Shown piece by piece: positions 36,601 through 48,805 of a stretch of DNA of 64,000 bases (its first letter is position 1; every line of letters starts with the position of its first letter). The translations under genes were made by a program, and so were the position numbers. The stretch comes from Blasia pusilla. Lineage: Eukaryota. The stretch covers positions 35,526,001 to 35,590,000 of the forward strand of contig CM114271.1 of assembly GCA_050084515.1 (NCBI GenBank), given 5' to 3'. The notes beneath the pieces are model-generated. The model ran no database searches. It was not told where the DNA came from and saw only the letters and a list, made by a program, of their open reading frames with translations.

Positions 36601-38062
36601 TTCGAGAGGAGCCTTCTTGAACGGTTTCGCAAATCCTCGCACCTGCACCCAGGATCCAACGATGGGACGTAAGCTTCAGTTACCACGTACTCGCTTCCCA
36701 CATTCAGCATGCGTACACAACAGCTTCATCAACTGCTCCCCGATTCTCGAACGCCACACTCTCTTCACAGGACTCAGATGCGCAATTCCAGCCCACAAAA
36801 GAGCGACGAAAAGCAACCAATCGTCGCAAAACTTCCCCAATCGAAGGATTTCTGCCTCACCTTCGTGCCTATAGACTCGTAACCTGGATCCAGCTGCACG
36901 GTTATCGAGAAAGTCAGGTCCTTGAACTTCACGACCTGCACGGACAAACCAGGGAACGGGAGTTGAACGCGGAAATGGCGCGTGTGATTTATATTTCGAT
37001 TTCCATGAGCTTAGTACAATTGAAATCCGAAAGCTGAGAATGGATGCGATGCTCGAGTGCGCGACTCTGTGGGCTTCGAGCAGACCTCTCAGCTCTGACG
37101 TAGAATTCCTGAGCAGTAGAATAGACCCGGAACGAAACGGCGAGAATCGAATCGCAAACCTGGGGAGGGACGGCAGGAATGTGCGGCTGAATCTGCATGA
37201 GATACTTGAGCAACCCATCTTTCAGAAGCAAGTCCACGCCGGTGAGCTCCGTTTGCATCTCGCTCACGTCTTTGAACCCCAACTCGGACAACGCGTTGGC
37301 GATCTTCAGAGCTTCCTCTCTGAGTCCGTTCACCACAAGAGCCTGATGGTACGCGATCACCAAATGTATCATCGTCGCTTGAGGAGTAGCCGCCAACGCG
37401 CGGACGTACTCGTCAGGGAGCTCGGCCTCGGGAACCCTCTTTCCCCCGACTTCGTAAAGTGGAGGCTTTTCGGACGAGTACAACTTGTGCCTGGAGTTGC
37501 CGCCGTAGTTATCCACGTCCTGATAGTCGATAGACACTCGATGGTCATGCAAACCAGAGGAGGAGGAAGGTCCGTCCGGGAGCTTAGAGGGAGCCAGACT
37601 CGAAGCTCGGGACGACTGGAAACTCCGCCTGTACTTGCGCGATTTCATGAGCCGTAAACTATTCGACCGCTCTCGCCACTCCACCAATCCGCCCTGCAGC
37701 AAGTCGGCAGGATTCAACGAAGCCAGCGCCATTTCTATCTCCTCTTCCGTGGCTGCTGTCCTCTGGGCGTGCGGATCCAAACCGTGGCTGGACCTGTCCC
37801 GAGCTAACCACGACATGAACTCGTCGGGTCCCTGGAGAGCCCGGGCGCCGCTCTCCAGGGATCTCTGGGGCTTCATCTCCAGGAGTCGCTGGGCCTTAGG
37901 CTGGGATGCGCTTCTGCGCCGAGGAGACTCGTGCTCGCTGCGCCGAGGAAGGTCGCCGGCTGCTTCGCCATCCGTCGACTCACGGCGCTCCCGAGTGATC
38001 GGCAGCAGCGGGACGGAGTTCTTCTCGCCGAGCGCGGGGACCGGATCGCTGGACTCCGCCAT
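24600..38062 (-). CDS. Full-size ABCG (PDR-type, NBD-TMD-NBD-TMD) protein, ~1715 aa, with degenerate ATPase motifs and an inserted PDZ-like domain
   Basis: 17 GT-AG exons stay in frame (5148 nt): 38062-37160, 36935-36861, 36642-36537, 36201-35544, 35273-35075, 34549-34256, 34048-33917, 33518-33264, 33061-32887, 32466-32081, 31526-31280, 30858-30647, 29976-29779, 28960-28811, 27867-27310, 26877-26704, 25025-24600. Walker A GPKGCGKT and GASGSGKTT; LTVRETVEFA; QPSQEVFDLFD; FAGFLVPRLEVPKYWIWAYYIDPLQWGIHALMINEF; LKRGGESVYFG; two ABC2 membrane domains. Confidence 0.92.
30160..30670 (-). repeat. Intronic duplications of the exon-end/donor junction with (GA)n tracts
   Basis: The true junction GAAGGGAAGAGTACGTAGAACAG|GTGATGC (donor at 30646) is recopied with donors at 30486 and 30203; (GA)n at ~30282-30308 and ~30567-30601. 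Confidence 0.85.
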
Positions 38063-39110
38063 TTGCTTCTTCCTTCCGCCACCGGACGCTACTGTCACGG
38101 GACTTCTTCGGAATGCGCGTTCCCTCTGGAGATCTTCCACGACCGGCTTCAAGCGGAATCTACTCGCGCCGTTGATCCCAGAGCCCACAACCTGTCGGAA
38201 GGCAGGCAGAGAAACACGACCGAATCAGTCCGACTCCATGCAAAACGAACGAGTTTCTGGCAGGACCGCGAGCTCTATTCGCGCCGAATGGATCAGATGC
38301 ATTTTCGCGTTCACTGGCTACGGATTCAGAATCACAACTTCCATCGGAATTTCCGCCATTACAGCGGGAGTGTCACGAATTCGCAAACGTACGTGATGTC
38401 GGAGAGACGATTCTCAGTGGCTCCATCTCGTCGCTCGGGGACTGATCCAGGTTCGCAGCGAATCCATGGGCATCGATGAAGGAGAAGGATCGCCAGACTT
38501 ATCTAGTGAAGAGCGATGAAGCAAGCGGTGCCCATTTCCGCACGTCTGTCTCGAGCATTCAGAGCTTGTTAACTAGACTGCGTCCACCCCTCTCCGCTCC
38601 GCGAGGTCAGAGGTGGATGCTCATACCCTGCGACATCGTTAATGTCTCTCTTTCGATTCGCACGGATCGTCTCCTCTCGGCCCCGAAGGTTCGACTCTCC
38701 ATCTGCAAGCTCGGCGCGACCACAGGCAGATCGGCGCAATTCTGCGCTCCTGGGAGGTGGACCGGGGAGCGCCGGCAGCTAGTTTCTCTGTTGGTGAAGG
38801 TCCGATGTCACCTCCAGTCTTTCTTCCCTGGGACGGTGAAAAATCTACAGTCGCGAGGCAGAGCGCTCAGAGAGAAGGCTTTCGGACTCGCCTCTCTCTC
38901 CGAATCCCATCGCCGCCCATGGACACGCACATTCGCGCCCCACCTGCACTCGGGCACATAATATGCACACTGGCGACGAGAACCGTCACGTTTTCTGCTC
39001 TCAGCCAGCGCAATCGTCACCTTCATTCTTCGGATTTTTCGGCCGTGAGCTGTGAGTCAACTGCTGCTCCGAAGGTACATCACCTCACCTGTTCTCACTC
39101 TGTCTGTCTG

Positions 39111-39148
<38 letters not shown>

Positions 39149-39600
39149 GTGTCGGCTGGAGCTGCGAGGTACATCTCTCGCTCTCGAAATTCTCGGCTGC
39201 CAGTCAACGGCTGCTCGAGAGGTAGATCTCGCTCTCACTGGCTGAAGATGCGAGCGAGTAACAGCTCGCGGACTACTGCAGATGTTCACGCGCTCCGCGG
39301 CGTCTACCAGTCGGAAGCCCGGGATCGCGGGCGTTCAGGCTGTAGAGCTTCGGACGTCCCGCGATTTCGACTCCGAGTCACAATGCGGCGAAGCGCTCCT
39401 GCGTTCCGGCTCGCCGGATCGCCGGATCGACCGAACTCCGGTCGAGCGGGCTCTCTCGTGTTGTTCGCAGTGCATACTGTCGGGGGAGCACGCGCTTGTG
39501 GCTCCGCCGTAGACTGCTGCGAGTCTAGCGTTTGCTCAGACGGACGGACGGACGGATCCGGGAGAGAGATCTACCTGCGAAACGCTGGTGCTGGACTTTA
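38063..39600 (-). promoter_or_regulatory. Probable spliced 5' UTR of the ABCG gene
   Basis: Acceptor CCGACAG|GTT at 38192/38191 and donor GAACAG|GTGAGG at 39089/39088; GC-rich leader with a (GA)n tract. An in-frame TGA at 39097-39095 supports ATG 38062 as the start. Confidence 0.5.
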
Positions 39601-40319
39601 GCGCTTATCTGGAGATCGATTCGGTTGTGCCGTAGTTCCTCGGAGCGAGTCAGCCGCAGCTGTTCGAGAATACCATGTGAGCCAGCCGTCGGCATTCTTT
39701 TTTTATTGCGTCGCTTCAAAGCACCGTCTACGCCCACTTTTACGGCCGCCGGACAAAACGTAGCTCTGGTAGAACTAATGGCGCGTGTGATTTATATTTT
39801 AAGGCTTTCAAAAAATAATTCTTTAATTTTGTACGGCTGGAATGGAAAGAGGAGGCCGAGCTAAGAAAAATGGGCAAGATACTCTAGGGGTACCTCCCAA
39901 GATTTTTCTTTTTTCAAAAGGCATAATCATATTGGGGTATCTCTTAGGGATCCCACTTGGGCATGTGATAGAGGATTGATGTTTGAGACCCTATGGTAAG
40001 ATTTTGCAAGAGTCGTTACGCACTTGTGGAGCAAGGTTCAAGGTGTTTTTTTTAACCGGAAAACTTTTGATATGCCGAACATTTCTCCACAATTTTCATT
40101 AGAAAGCAAATTACGACAAGTTTGAGCATTTTCTACTTTTGTGTGGGAGGAAAGGTATATCGGAAAGCTGGCAAACAAGTTTCGAAAGTAAGCAGAATTT
40201 TTCCGCAATCTGTATACTAATTGGAGGATGCAGTTTTCTGACGTTACTCCTTCGTTTGACACGTGTCACTAAAGTTCCCTCAAAAATACTTTTTTCATCT
40301 TAACGGGGTCTGAAAATTG

Positions 40320-43300
40320 GTAAAGAGTGGAGCTATCAATGAGCGGCCGTGAATCGCACGGTCCCTTGCGGGCCTTCCCAAGTCCGAGAATCGTGAAGGA
40401 GTTGGGTTTGTCAACCTCTAAGGCAGACGAGCCCATCCAAGTAGGCTTTGTCGGAGGCCACTCTTATCGGACTACCGAGTTAGTCTTGGGATTGACCGTA
40501 GGATGTGGAGTATTCGAGTTGAAGGAGAATTTCACTGTATACGAGATGGATGGCATTTACGGGGTCTTGGGGAACACATTCCTGGATGCGTATGATGTGG
40601 AGCTGAGGCGAAGACCATTGAAGTTGAGCGTCCTAGTGAAAGGCAAACGGTTGCAGGTGAGGTTGGTTTGTGAGGTTCCTGTGAGAAAGGTGTTGGTGAA
40701 AGCCATTACGAGGAGAAGTCTAACGAAGCTGGAAGATGGGTTTCTCTACTTGATGAGACAGGTAAAGGAGTCTACAAGCAACAGATGCAGAGATCAAGAC
40801 CCAACTTGAAGGGGGATCCCAAAACTACTCTAAAGAGTAGTAAAGGAGTTTGGTGATGTCTTGACGAATAAGCTTCCGAACGAGTTGCCATCACATAGGG
40901 CAGTCGATCATAAGATAGAGGTCATCCTCGGGTCTCAACCCCCTTCAAAGGCCCCATACACATTGTATCAAGATGAAATTGTTGAGTTGAAAAAGTAGTT
41001 AAGTGAGCTCTTAGAGAAGGGCTACTTCAGAACTAGTAAGTCACCGTATGAAGCGCCATTTCTCTTTGTGAAGGAGAAGGATGGTAAGATGAGATTCTGT
41101 GTTGATTACCGCGCGTTGAATAAAGTGACAGTTAGAAAAAATTACCTTCTTTTGAGGATGGATGATCTCTTCGATAGACTTTCAAGGCTGAAGTACTTCA
41201 GTAGGATTCACTTGAAGTCAAGATATTACCAGACTCAGATTGCCAAATCGGATGTGGAGAAGATTGCATATTGGCTCGTTTGAGTTTTTAGTGATGCCCT
41301 TTGGTCTATGTAATGCATCTCTGACGTTCACCACATTGATAAACTCCATTTTTCATGAGGAGACGGATGAGCATGTGATCATCTACATTGATGACATACT
41401 TATCTATTCGAGTCACTAGAGAAGCACACTCGACATTTGAGAGAGGTGTTGTTGAAACTAAGGGCGAACAAGTTGTATGCAAATGTGGAAAAGAGTGGGT
41501 TCGGATTGCGCAAGATCAAGTTCTTGGGTCACGTGGTTAGCGCTAATGGAGTTAGTCCAGATATGGATAAGGTGAAAGCGATTGACGAGTGGAAGTTGCT
41601 TTCTATAGTGAAAGGAATGAGGAGGTTCATCATAGTGGTTCAGTTTTACCATACTTATGTAAGGAACTTCTCAGAAATACTCATTGATTGGACCGCAAAG
41701 TTTTCTAACACAACCTGGACCCAAGAAGTGAATGAGGCGTTCAACCGAGTCAAGGAGATCCTATTGCAGGAACCAATTTTGAACTTTCCGGCGTTCGACA
41801 AACCGTTCGACGTACATACTGATGCTAGTGATTTTGCGATTGTAGGAATGTTGGTACAGGAAGGGATACTTATAGCGTACAAGAGCAAGAAGCTTAGCGA
41901 CACCAAACGGAGGTGGCCCACTCATGAGAAAGAGTTGTTCGCGGTGATTCATTGCTTGAGGAAGTGGCATCACTATTTGGGACTTCATAGGACTTGAGTG
42001 CTCACTGATAATGTATCACTCAAGTATTTTGAGACCCACGATTGAGTGACACCGAAACAACTGCGATGGCATGATACCTTGATGTTGATGAATGTGGAAT
42101 TAGTCCACAAGCCATGGAAGGATAATGTCATTCGAGGTGCGTTGAGTCGTGGGGATAAGGACAGGCCATCGACAACACATATCTTGAGAGCAATGTTCCC
42201 TAAGTGTAACATATGTGGAGAGAAGGATTCGTGAAGGATACATGAAGGACACTCAAGCAAGCAAGTACCTATGGAAGCTGAAGCACGGGGAGAAGATGGC
42301 CAACATAAGTTTGAGACATGGCTTAGTAAATTTTAAGGAGAGCAAGATCTATATGGGCGAAGGCATGCTGCGGACCAAGGTATTAGTAAAATGTAAAGGG
42401 AGAAATCCACGCTGTCTGTTCTGATTAAGAAGTTCTTCTAGCCCAACATGAAAGAGGATGTTGCTCAATATGTGAAGACTTGCGTGACCTACCAAGCAAA
42501 CAAAGTTTCTTATGAGACGAAACAAGGCTTGCTGCACCCTTTTCTGATTCCGGATGGACCCTTGCAGAGTGTGAGTATGGACTTCATTACCAACCTTCCG
42601 GAGTCTGAGGAATACAATGCTATACTTATGATATTTGATCAGTTCAACAAGTTGGGGAGATTCGTGCCCACGGTGGACTCCTTGGCAGCCTATACGACTC
42701 CTCGATTTTCCTTGGATAGTTGGTGGCGCACTCATGGATTGCCTAGGAGTATTGTTTCAGATTGGGATCCAAAGTTTAGCAATGCTTTTTGGAAGCACTT
42801 ATTCAGAAGTTTTAGGACCAAGCTAAGTTTCAGTACTGCCTTCCATCCGCATACGGATGGACAGAGTTGAGTATACAGATGAAGAGAAGGATTCGTGAAG
42901 GATACATGAAGGACACTGTCCTTCATGTCTGTCCATTGTATAAGTATGGTTGAGTATTGTTACACTTCGACCAAGCATTCTGCAATTGGAGAATCTCCAT
43001 TTCTTTTGGCTTATGGACGTGAGCTAGAAGGGCCTCTTGACATGGCCCTTCTGAAGGGTACTACATCGGCATAGACCCGAAAAGCAATGGCGGAAGGTTT
43101 GTTAGTGGAGATGCGAGAACGAAAGGAGCGGGCAAGAAGACACCTTGCAAAGGCTCAACTAAGGTACATTAAGCCTGCTAACAGGAGTCGGCGCCAAGTG
43201 CGATTCCAAATAGGGGAGCAAGTGTGGTTGAGTATGAAGAGTCTCACTCTTCCGAAGGAGTTGTCCGCGAAGCTATCTGCCAAGTATGCTAGACCTTATA

Positions 43301-45600
43301 TGATAAAGGCAAACCCGTTTGAGGACGTGTATACATTGGAGGTGCTAGAAGAGTTCAGGATTCATCCAACTTTCCATGTGTCATTATTGAAGAAGTGTCT
43401 TAAGGATAATGTGCATCCCGGGAAAAGATAGGTTTTGAGACCGCAATCGGTAATCGTGAACGAAGAACCGGAGTTCAAGGCGTAGGGCCAACAAGTACGA
43501 GTATTTGGTCAAGTGGAAGGGCTACCATGTGAAAGAGGCGACTTGGATTGCGAAGGCAGATCTAGAACACGCGCAAGAGGTGCTGCAAGACTTCAAATGG
43601 ATGTAGGAAAAGCACATGCGTTAGTACACGGAGTAGCTAGGGACATGACTTGTGACCATAGGAAGCTTGGGCCAAAGCCAGTTGTAACTAGAACATGCTA
43701 ATGTTGCAATAAAGGAATGCATGGATTTGGACTTTTTCTTTGGTAGTACATGGCAATGAGTAGTTCCTCATGTGCTTAGGATATAAGTCAAGAGCATAGA
43801 CAAGGAGTATTTGAGGTAAGAGCTTGTGTTCGGATAAGCACCTAGGATAGGACCAAGTGTTGGGTGACTAACACTTGGGCTCGCCCTAGCATCGGTGGGG
43901 CACACCACTGTGTCTTAGGGCTTGGGGTGATCTTACTTGTTATAGCATGAGTGAACTTAGTGACACGCCTAAGTCGAATACGAAAGTAACCCAAAAGTAG
44001 TATGACTTGTGTACCGTGTAAACAGGTGGGATATTTACGAGATGTGGGCCAAGAGAAGTCTTAGGTAGCAAGCTCAGTTAGTTTATTTGATAGATTAGAT
44101 AGGTTGCAAAAAACCTGATCTAGGCTTATCGAAGAGGAGATGCTAAATGATGCTCATTGGTGCAATAAAAAACTTAAGACTTAAGTCAAACGAGGAATTG
44201 CAACTTAGTTACCATAACGCAATTCGATGTTAAGGGGTCGGCTTTCCAAAAATACTCGACATTAGAAGATTTGCGTTGATGAGGGAATCAATCTCTAAAG
44301 AAGGATGAGTGTCGCTACCCTCATAACCAAACGAGCGCCAAGCTGAACATCTGAACTCTAGCGGGATCATGCTAGGATGGTTTGAACTTTGGAGACATCT
44401 CAAGAAGAGACAATTTAGGAAACACAAGTGCGAGACGCGAGCAAGGCTAGCGTTTCAAGTGTTTCATGCATTTATGGTTGCAACTACGAAAACCAGAACC
44501 AAACGCGAACCTAGACTTGAGAGGAGTCGAGTCTAGGAAGAGACATGGCCAAAAGGTAAGAACCGGATTTCGGAAGTAATTAGTGTTTGGGGTTTTTTAC
44601 TGTATTTTCAACCATAACTTTTAGTTCTAAGATGCATTTGGGACAAATAAGATGGCCTTGGAAAGCTTATGCAAAGCCAGTTCTAACGCATCCACAATCT
44701 TAGCAACTACACAAGCAAAGGATGAAATATTAGCCAAGAACAATTGTATGGGGAGTTCGATTGAGGGCCAAAAAGAGGGGCTTGGGTGTCTCTTCCCCAA
44801 AGGTAGGGGGAGGGTGGAGATCCCCAAAAGTACTAGTAAGGGGGAAGATCTCCAAAAGTGCTTGGGACTCGAACCCCACTTTGCGGCGCCTTGGGGCAAT
44901 TCAAGGGTACGGAATGGATCAAGAGTTTTGGCGTTGGGATTTGAAAACCCTAACCAAGTCCAAAAGAGTAGATTTTGGAGGTCCCTATTGGATTCCAACC
45001 CGCGACTCATATTTTTGGGTCTAGTTTTGGGAGCTCATGCGAGGTCCATTAGATAGTTGGGACCGCTAGGTGCGCAAATATTGTTTTAGGTGCTTGGATT
45101 AACCAGAAAGTCTATCCCAAGTCTCGAAAGACTTGCCCGCGTTGGGAAGCTAGGAATGAGGGAAGGTTGAGGTTGATGAGGTTTCCAGTTTAGAACTCAA
45201 TAGGTTAGAAGGCCGATTGACCCACACCAGACTAACGTGAGTGTATATGGGTGCAGATTGGCGAGGAGAGCGTGTCCTAATGAACGTACATTTCCGCAAC
45301 ACTAAAGATTGACGTTCAAGGGGAGTATGCACACGAAAATCACTAGGACAGACATACAATTTTGGACATGAATTGGATTTTGCAAAAGGTGAGGCCGACA
45401 CTTATAGTCATTGTGGAAGGCAAGGCAATGGCGCAAAAGGAAGAAAAGAGAAAGTGTGGATCACGAAGGCAAGTAGGGAGGATGAGAAAGAAGGGGAAGA
45501 TGCCCACATGGACAAGTCCTTCTAAAAGACGGACGTAAGTCCACAAACATGGACATGTCTACAGACACGGACTTTGTCCATATGCAACCTTGCTAAGATT
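40320..45600 (+). mobile_element. Ty3/gypsy chromovirus retrotransposon, decayed and 5'-truncated (partial protease, RT, RNase H, integrase, chromodomain, long 3' non-coding region)
   Basis: Protease-like GVLGNTFL; RT KDGKMRFCVDYRALNKVT, VMPFGLCNA, YIDDILIYS; RNase H FDVHTDASDFA, WPTHEKELFAVIHCL; integrase SVSMDFITNLP, HGLPRSIVSDWDPKF, STAFHPHTDGQS, IHPTFHVSLLK; chromodomain YEYLVKWKGYHVKEATWIAKADL (~43495-43600). Many stops and frameshifts; no gag or 5' LTR visible; 3' boundary approximate. Confidence 0.93.
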
Positions 45601-45849
45601 GTAACTAGCAATTTGAAACGTTGAAAAGGTAGCCTCCATGCTTCTTCACCATCAACGATGCATTAAAGATCAACAATGAAAATTTCTAATAGTCCTTAGG
45701 ACACTAAAAGAACGTGGGGTAGAATAACTAACCCTCATCTTTTTACTCTAGTAATCAGAGGAGCCCGCATAGAGCCACATACTAGGCAATGGTTAGGATA
45801 GAGCATCCGCATCAATAGGAGGGAGGTTTGAAAACTGACAATAATAATT

Positions 45850-47092
45850 ATGCAGATTTTTAATTTTCAAACTTGGTTAGGAGTGAAATTCAAATTATAT
45901 GTGAGAAAAGAAAGGATCAAAATATTAATTTTATCATGTTAATGGGGGATTGGAAAAGATAATCCCTCTTTTCATAAATTTTTAGGGAAAAAGATATAAA
46001 AAAGTTTCCAAAAACAAAGAATTCAAAATAGAGAAGATATAGTTTTTCAAAAAAACTCTATCTTCACTATTTTTACATCAACTTTTTGGATTTCAAATTC
46101 TAGACAAGCTTCAAACTATCATTCCTCTAATTTTTAGTCTTTTCATTTCCTCAAAATAACCCAATGCAACACACGAACTAAAAAAAAAAATTAGCTCATA
46201 TTCATGAGGTCCTAACCTTCTTCACAAGATTTTAATGCTCTCCCATCTACATAATAATATGCATAATACGACAAGATAGTGAGATAATATGACAAAAAAG
46301 GAAATATGTTTGAATTTTGTTGTTTGAGCCATAATTAGATGGGTAGAAATAGATAGGGATAGAGAAAATGGATAGGGACTTGAGTGGAATAGGAAAAAAA
46401 TATATATTAATTAATAATTTATTGAATATTATAATTGGTGATTAAAATATTAATAAAATGAAATAATTCTGATAAATAGCCAAAAATTTTGTAATTTGTA
46501 CTTGAATTCATATTTGATGGAGAGGGAAAAGAAATTTTAATGGAGGAGTAAATTTTGTTGAAATTTTATGGAAGGATAAAATTATTTATGGGATTGGGAT
46601 ATCATTTAAATTTGAGTGGAAGATTATAATTATTTAGGAGAGTGAAATATTATTACTCTTCTAAGATTTTAGAAAATAAAATTTTTATTTAAATTTTGAA
46701 ACAGATAATGTGATTGTTTTTAAAAGAACCGTATTAATTCACATGTGATATTTTGGGAAAGGATAATGAATTTGAATGTAAAATGGAAATGATTTCGTCA
46801 ATTAAAATTAACTAAGAATTTAGTTGGTGAATGTTATTTTGATGGGAACGGGAAGAATAGTTATTGTTCGAGTTTTTACGGAGGAGTGAAATTATTTAGG
46901 ATAATGGGTATTATTTAAAGATGACATTTTCTTACTCTTTTATGATTTAAAAAAGTGGAAATTATATTTATATTTTGGAATTAAATATAATTTCAAATTT
47001 TAAATATTTTTTATAAAAAATTTTATTGATACCTTTTTTTAAGATTATGGAGGAATTTGTATCACGCGTGCATCGCACGAGCAACATACTAG
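45850..47092 (+). mobile_element. AT-rich Helitron-like element with minisatellite units; 5' boundary approximate
   Basis: Ends with hairpin CGTGC-ATC-GCACG and CTAG at 47089-47092; internal units shared with 14.8-15.4 kb and 47.5-48.2 kb. Confidence 0.65.
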
Positions 47093-47260
47093 TCTATATT
47101 ATTATTCGATAGTGCCTTCTTGATTTACAAACACCTCTTGCTTGACATGTGGCGACTGGGCAGCAAGAAAATGTTTCCCTCTCTACGAGTAGCAAGAGAA
47201 AAAATTTGTGCACAACATGATTAGTCCTTCACTCACTTGCGTGGCACGGACTGCCCACTA
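47093..47260 (+). mobile_element. Mini-Helitron family A, copy 1
   Basis: TCTATATTATT..AGTGCCTTCTTGATTTACAAACACCTC..TTGACATGTGGC..GGGCAGCAAGAAAATGTTTC..TGCGTGGCACGG..CACTAG|T; homologous to the minus-strand copies at 52318-52575 and 58727-58936. Confidence 0.8.
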
Positions 47261-47394
47261 GTTGTGAACAATGATGCCTAACTTGAAGGTTTATCATGTC
47301 ATTGAATGCAAAGTGATATTTCTCCGCACAAATCTTTATCATAAATACAAAGTGATACTTCTCCCCACAAAACATACTACATATGTTTATACCT

Positions 47395-48200
47395 ATCTTA
47401 TAAGTGGCGATCCTTCATGTATAGTAACAAAAAATAGTGACATAATACAACAAAATAGCAACAATCTTGCAATTTTTTCCTTTAATTCATAATTGGTATT
47501 TTGAGAAGGAAAAATGAATTTGAACGGAAATGGGAAATTATTTCATTTAATTAATGGATGTTATTTTGGTAGGAGGAATAGGTATTGCTTAAACTTTTAT
47601 GGAAGAATGAAATTATGTAAGGGAGGATATTTATTTGGTATTATTTAAATTGTAATTGAGGAGTGGAGTTCTTTAGAAAAGTGGAATGTTATGGCTCCTT
47701 TAGACTTAAGAAAGTGCAACTTATATTTAAATTTTTAAATGGAAAAAGAAATATTTTTAAATAATTATATTAATTCGCATTTGATGTTTTGGGAAATAAA
47801 AATGAATTTGAATGGAGAAGGAAAAATTTTATTTAATTAAGACTAATAATGATTTAAGAAGTGGATGTTATTTATTAAACTTTTACGGAGGAATGAAATT
47901 ATTTAGAGGAGTGGGATATTATTTAAATTTTACTTGAAGAGTGGAATTATCTAGAAGAGTGAAAGATTAATACTCTTTCAAGATTTAAGAATATGTATTG
48001 TTTAAAATTTTATGGAGGAATGAAATTATTTAAAGGAGTGGGATATTATTTAAATTTTACTTGAGGAGTGGAATTATCTAGAAGAGTGAAAGATTAATAC
48101 TCTTTCAAGATTTAAGAAAATAAAAATTATATTTAAATTTTGAAATGAGAACTAATTCAAAATTATTTTTTCAAAAATCCCTTTAGGACGCACTAACTAG
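47395..48200 (+). mobile_element. AT-rich Helitron-like element containing a near-perfect ~128-bp tandem duplication
   Basis: TTTTA(C/T)GGAGGAATGAAATTATTTA..GGAGTGGGATATTATTTAAATTTTACTTGA..AGTGGAATTATCTAGAAGAGTGAAAGATTAATACTCTTTCAAGATTTAAGAA repeated at ~47881-47991 and ~48008-48118; ends ACTAACTAG|T at ~48200. Confidence 0.65.
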
Positions 48201-48374
48201 TGCACATAATAGGGCCAACAAGTTGGTCAATTTATAATTTCCCCTCCCGTCAACCTCATAAGCCTAGTGTGTATATAGGGCTTATGATGAAGATGGACTA
48301 AGAGCTATAAAGTACGTTCTAATATGTTTGTATTATTGAGTTGTGGATGCAATGGATTTTCTCCATGGAGAGCA

Positions 48375-48805
48375 ATGGAAAGTAATATCCCTACTACCTA
48401 CAGCATTCATTGTTGTTCGGGATGCACTCGTTTGTCTAAGGAAGTCCCAAACTTTAAGAAGATGCAAAATGGTTCCGGCAAAATTTCATCGAAACCATTA
48501 CGCCTACACATTCCACTCCCATCTATGCCGACTTTGAACCTGCAAAAATTACTGTATAAAGTGAAACTAAATCACGATCTAGACCTTGTGGATACACTAG
48601 AGAGTTGGCTAGATGAATGGACTCGTCTTCTGGTGGTCGCAGGTCCGAAGGTTCTGGGAGCTGCGCGTGTAGGCAAAAATCGCCACATAATTATTTCCAC
48701 ATAATTTTGCAGAAACCATTCCACACCTTCATAAACTCCGTGAGGAAAACGTAAGCATCTTGAACAACAATGAATTTTGTTGATACTAGGGATATCACTC
48801 TCACT
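48375..48805. repeat. Long degenerate inverted repeat (fold-back/MITE-like), arms ~135 bp
   Basis: GAAAGTAATATCCCTACTACCTACAGCATTCATTGTTGTTCGGGATGC..AATGGTTCCGGCAAAATT..GCCTACAC (48378-48510) is mirrored on the minus strand by GAGAGTGATATCCCTAGTATCAACAAAATTCATTGTTGTTCAAGATGC..AATGGTTTCTGCAAAATT..GCCTACAC (48802-48667). Confidence 0.75.

Noticed and set aside
37040-38479. Long + strand ORFs (205, 253 and 182 aa)
   Set aside because: Antisense shadows of the GC-rich first ABCG exon; no recognisable domains.
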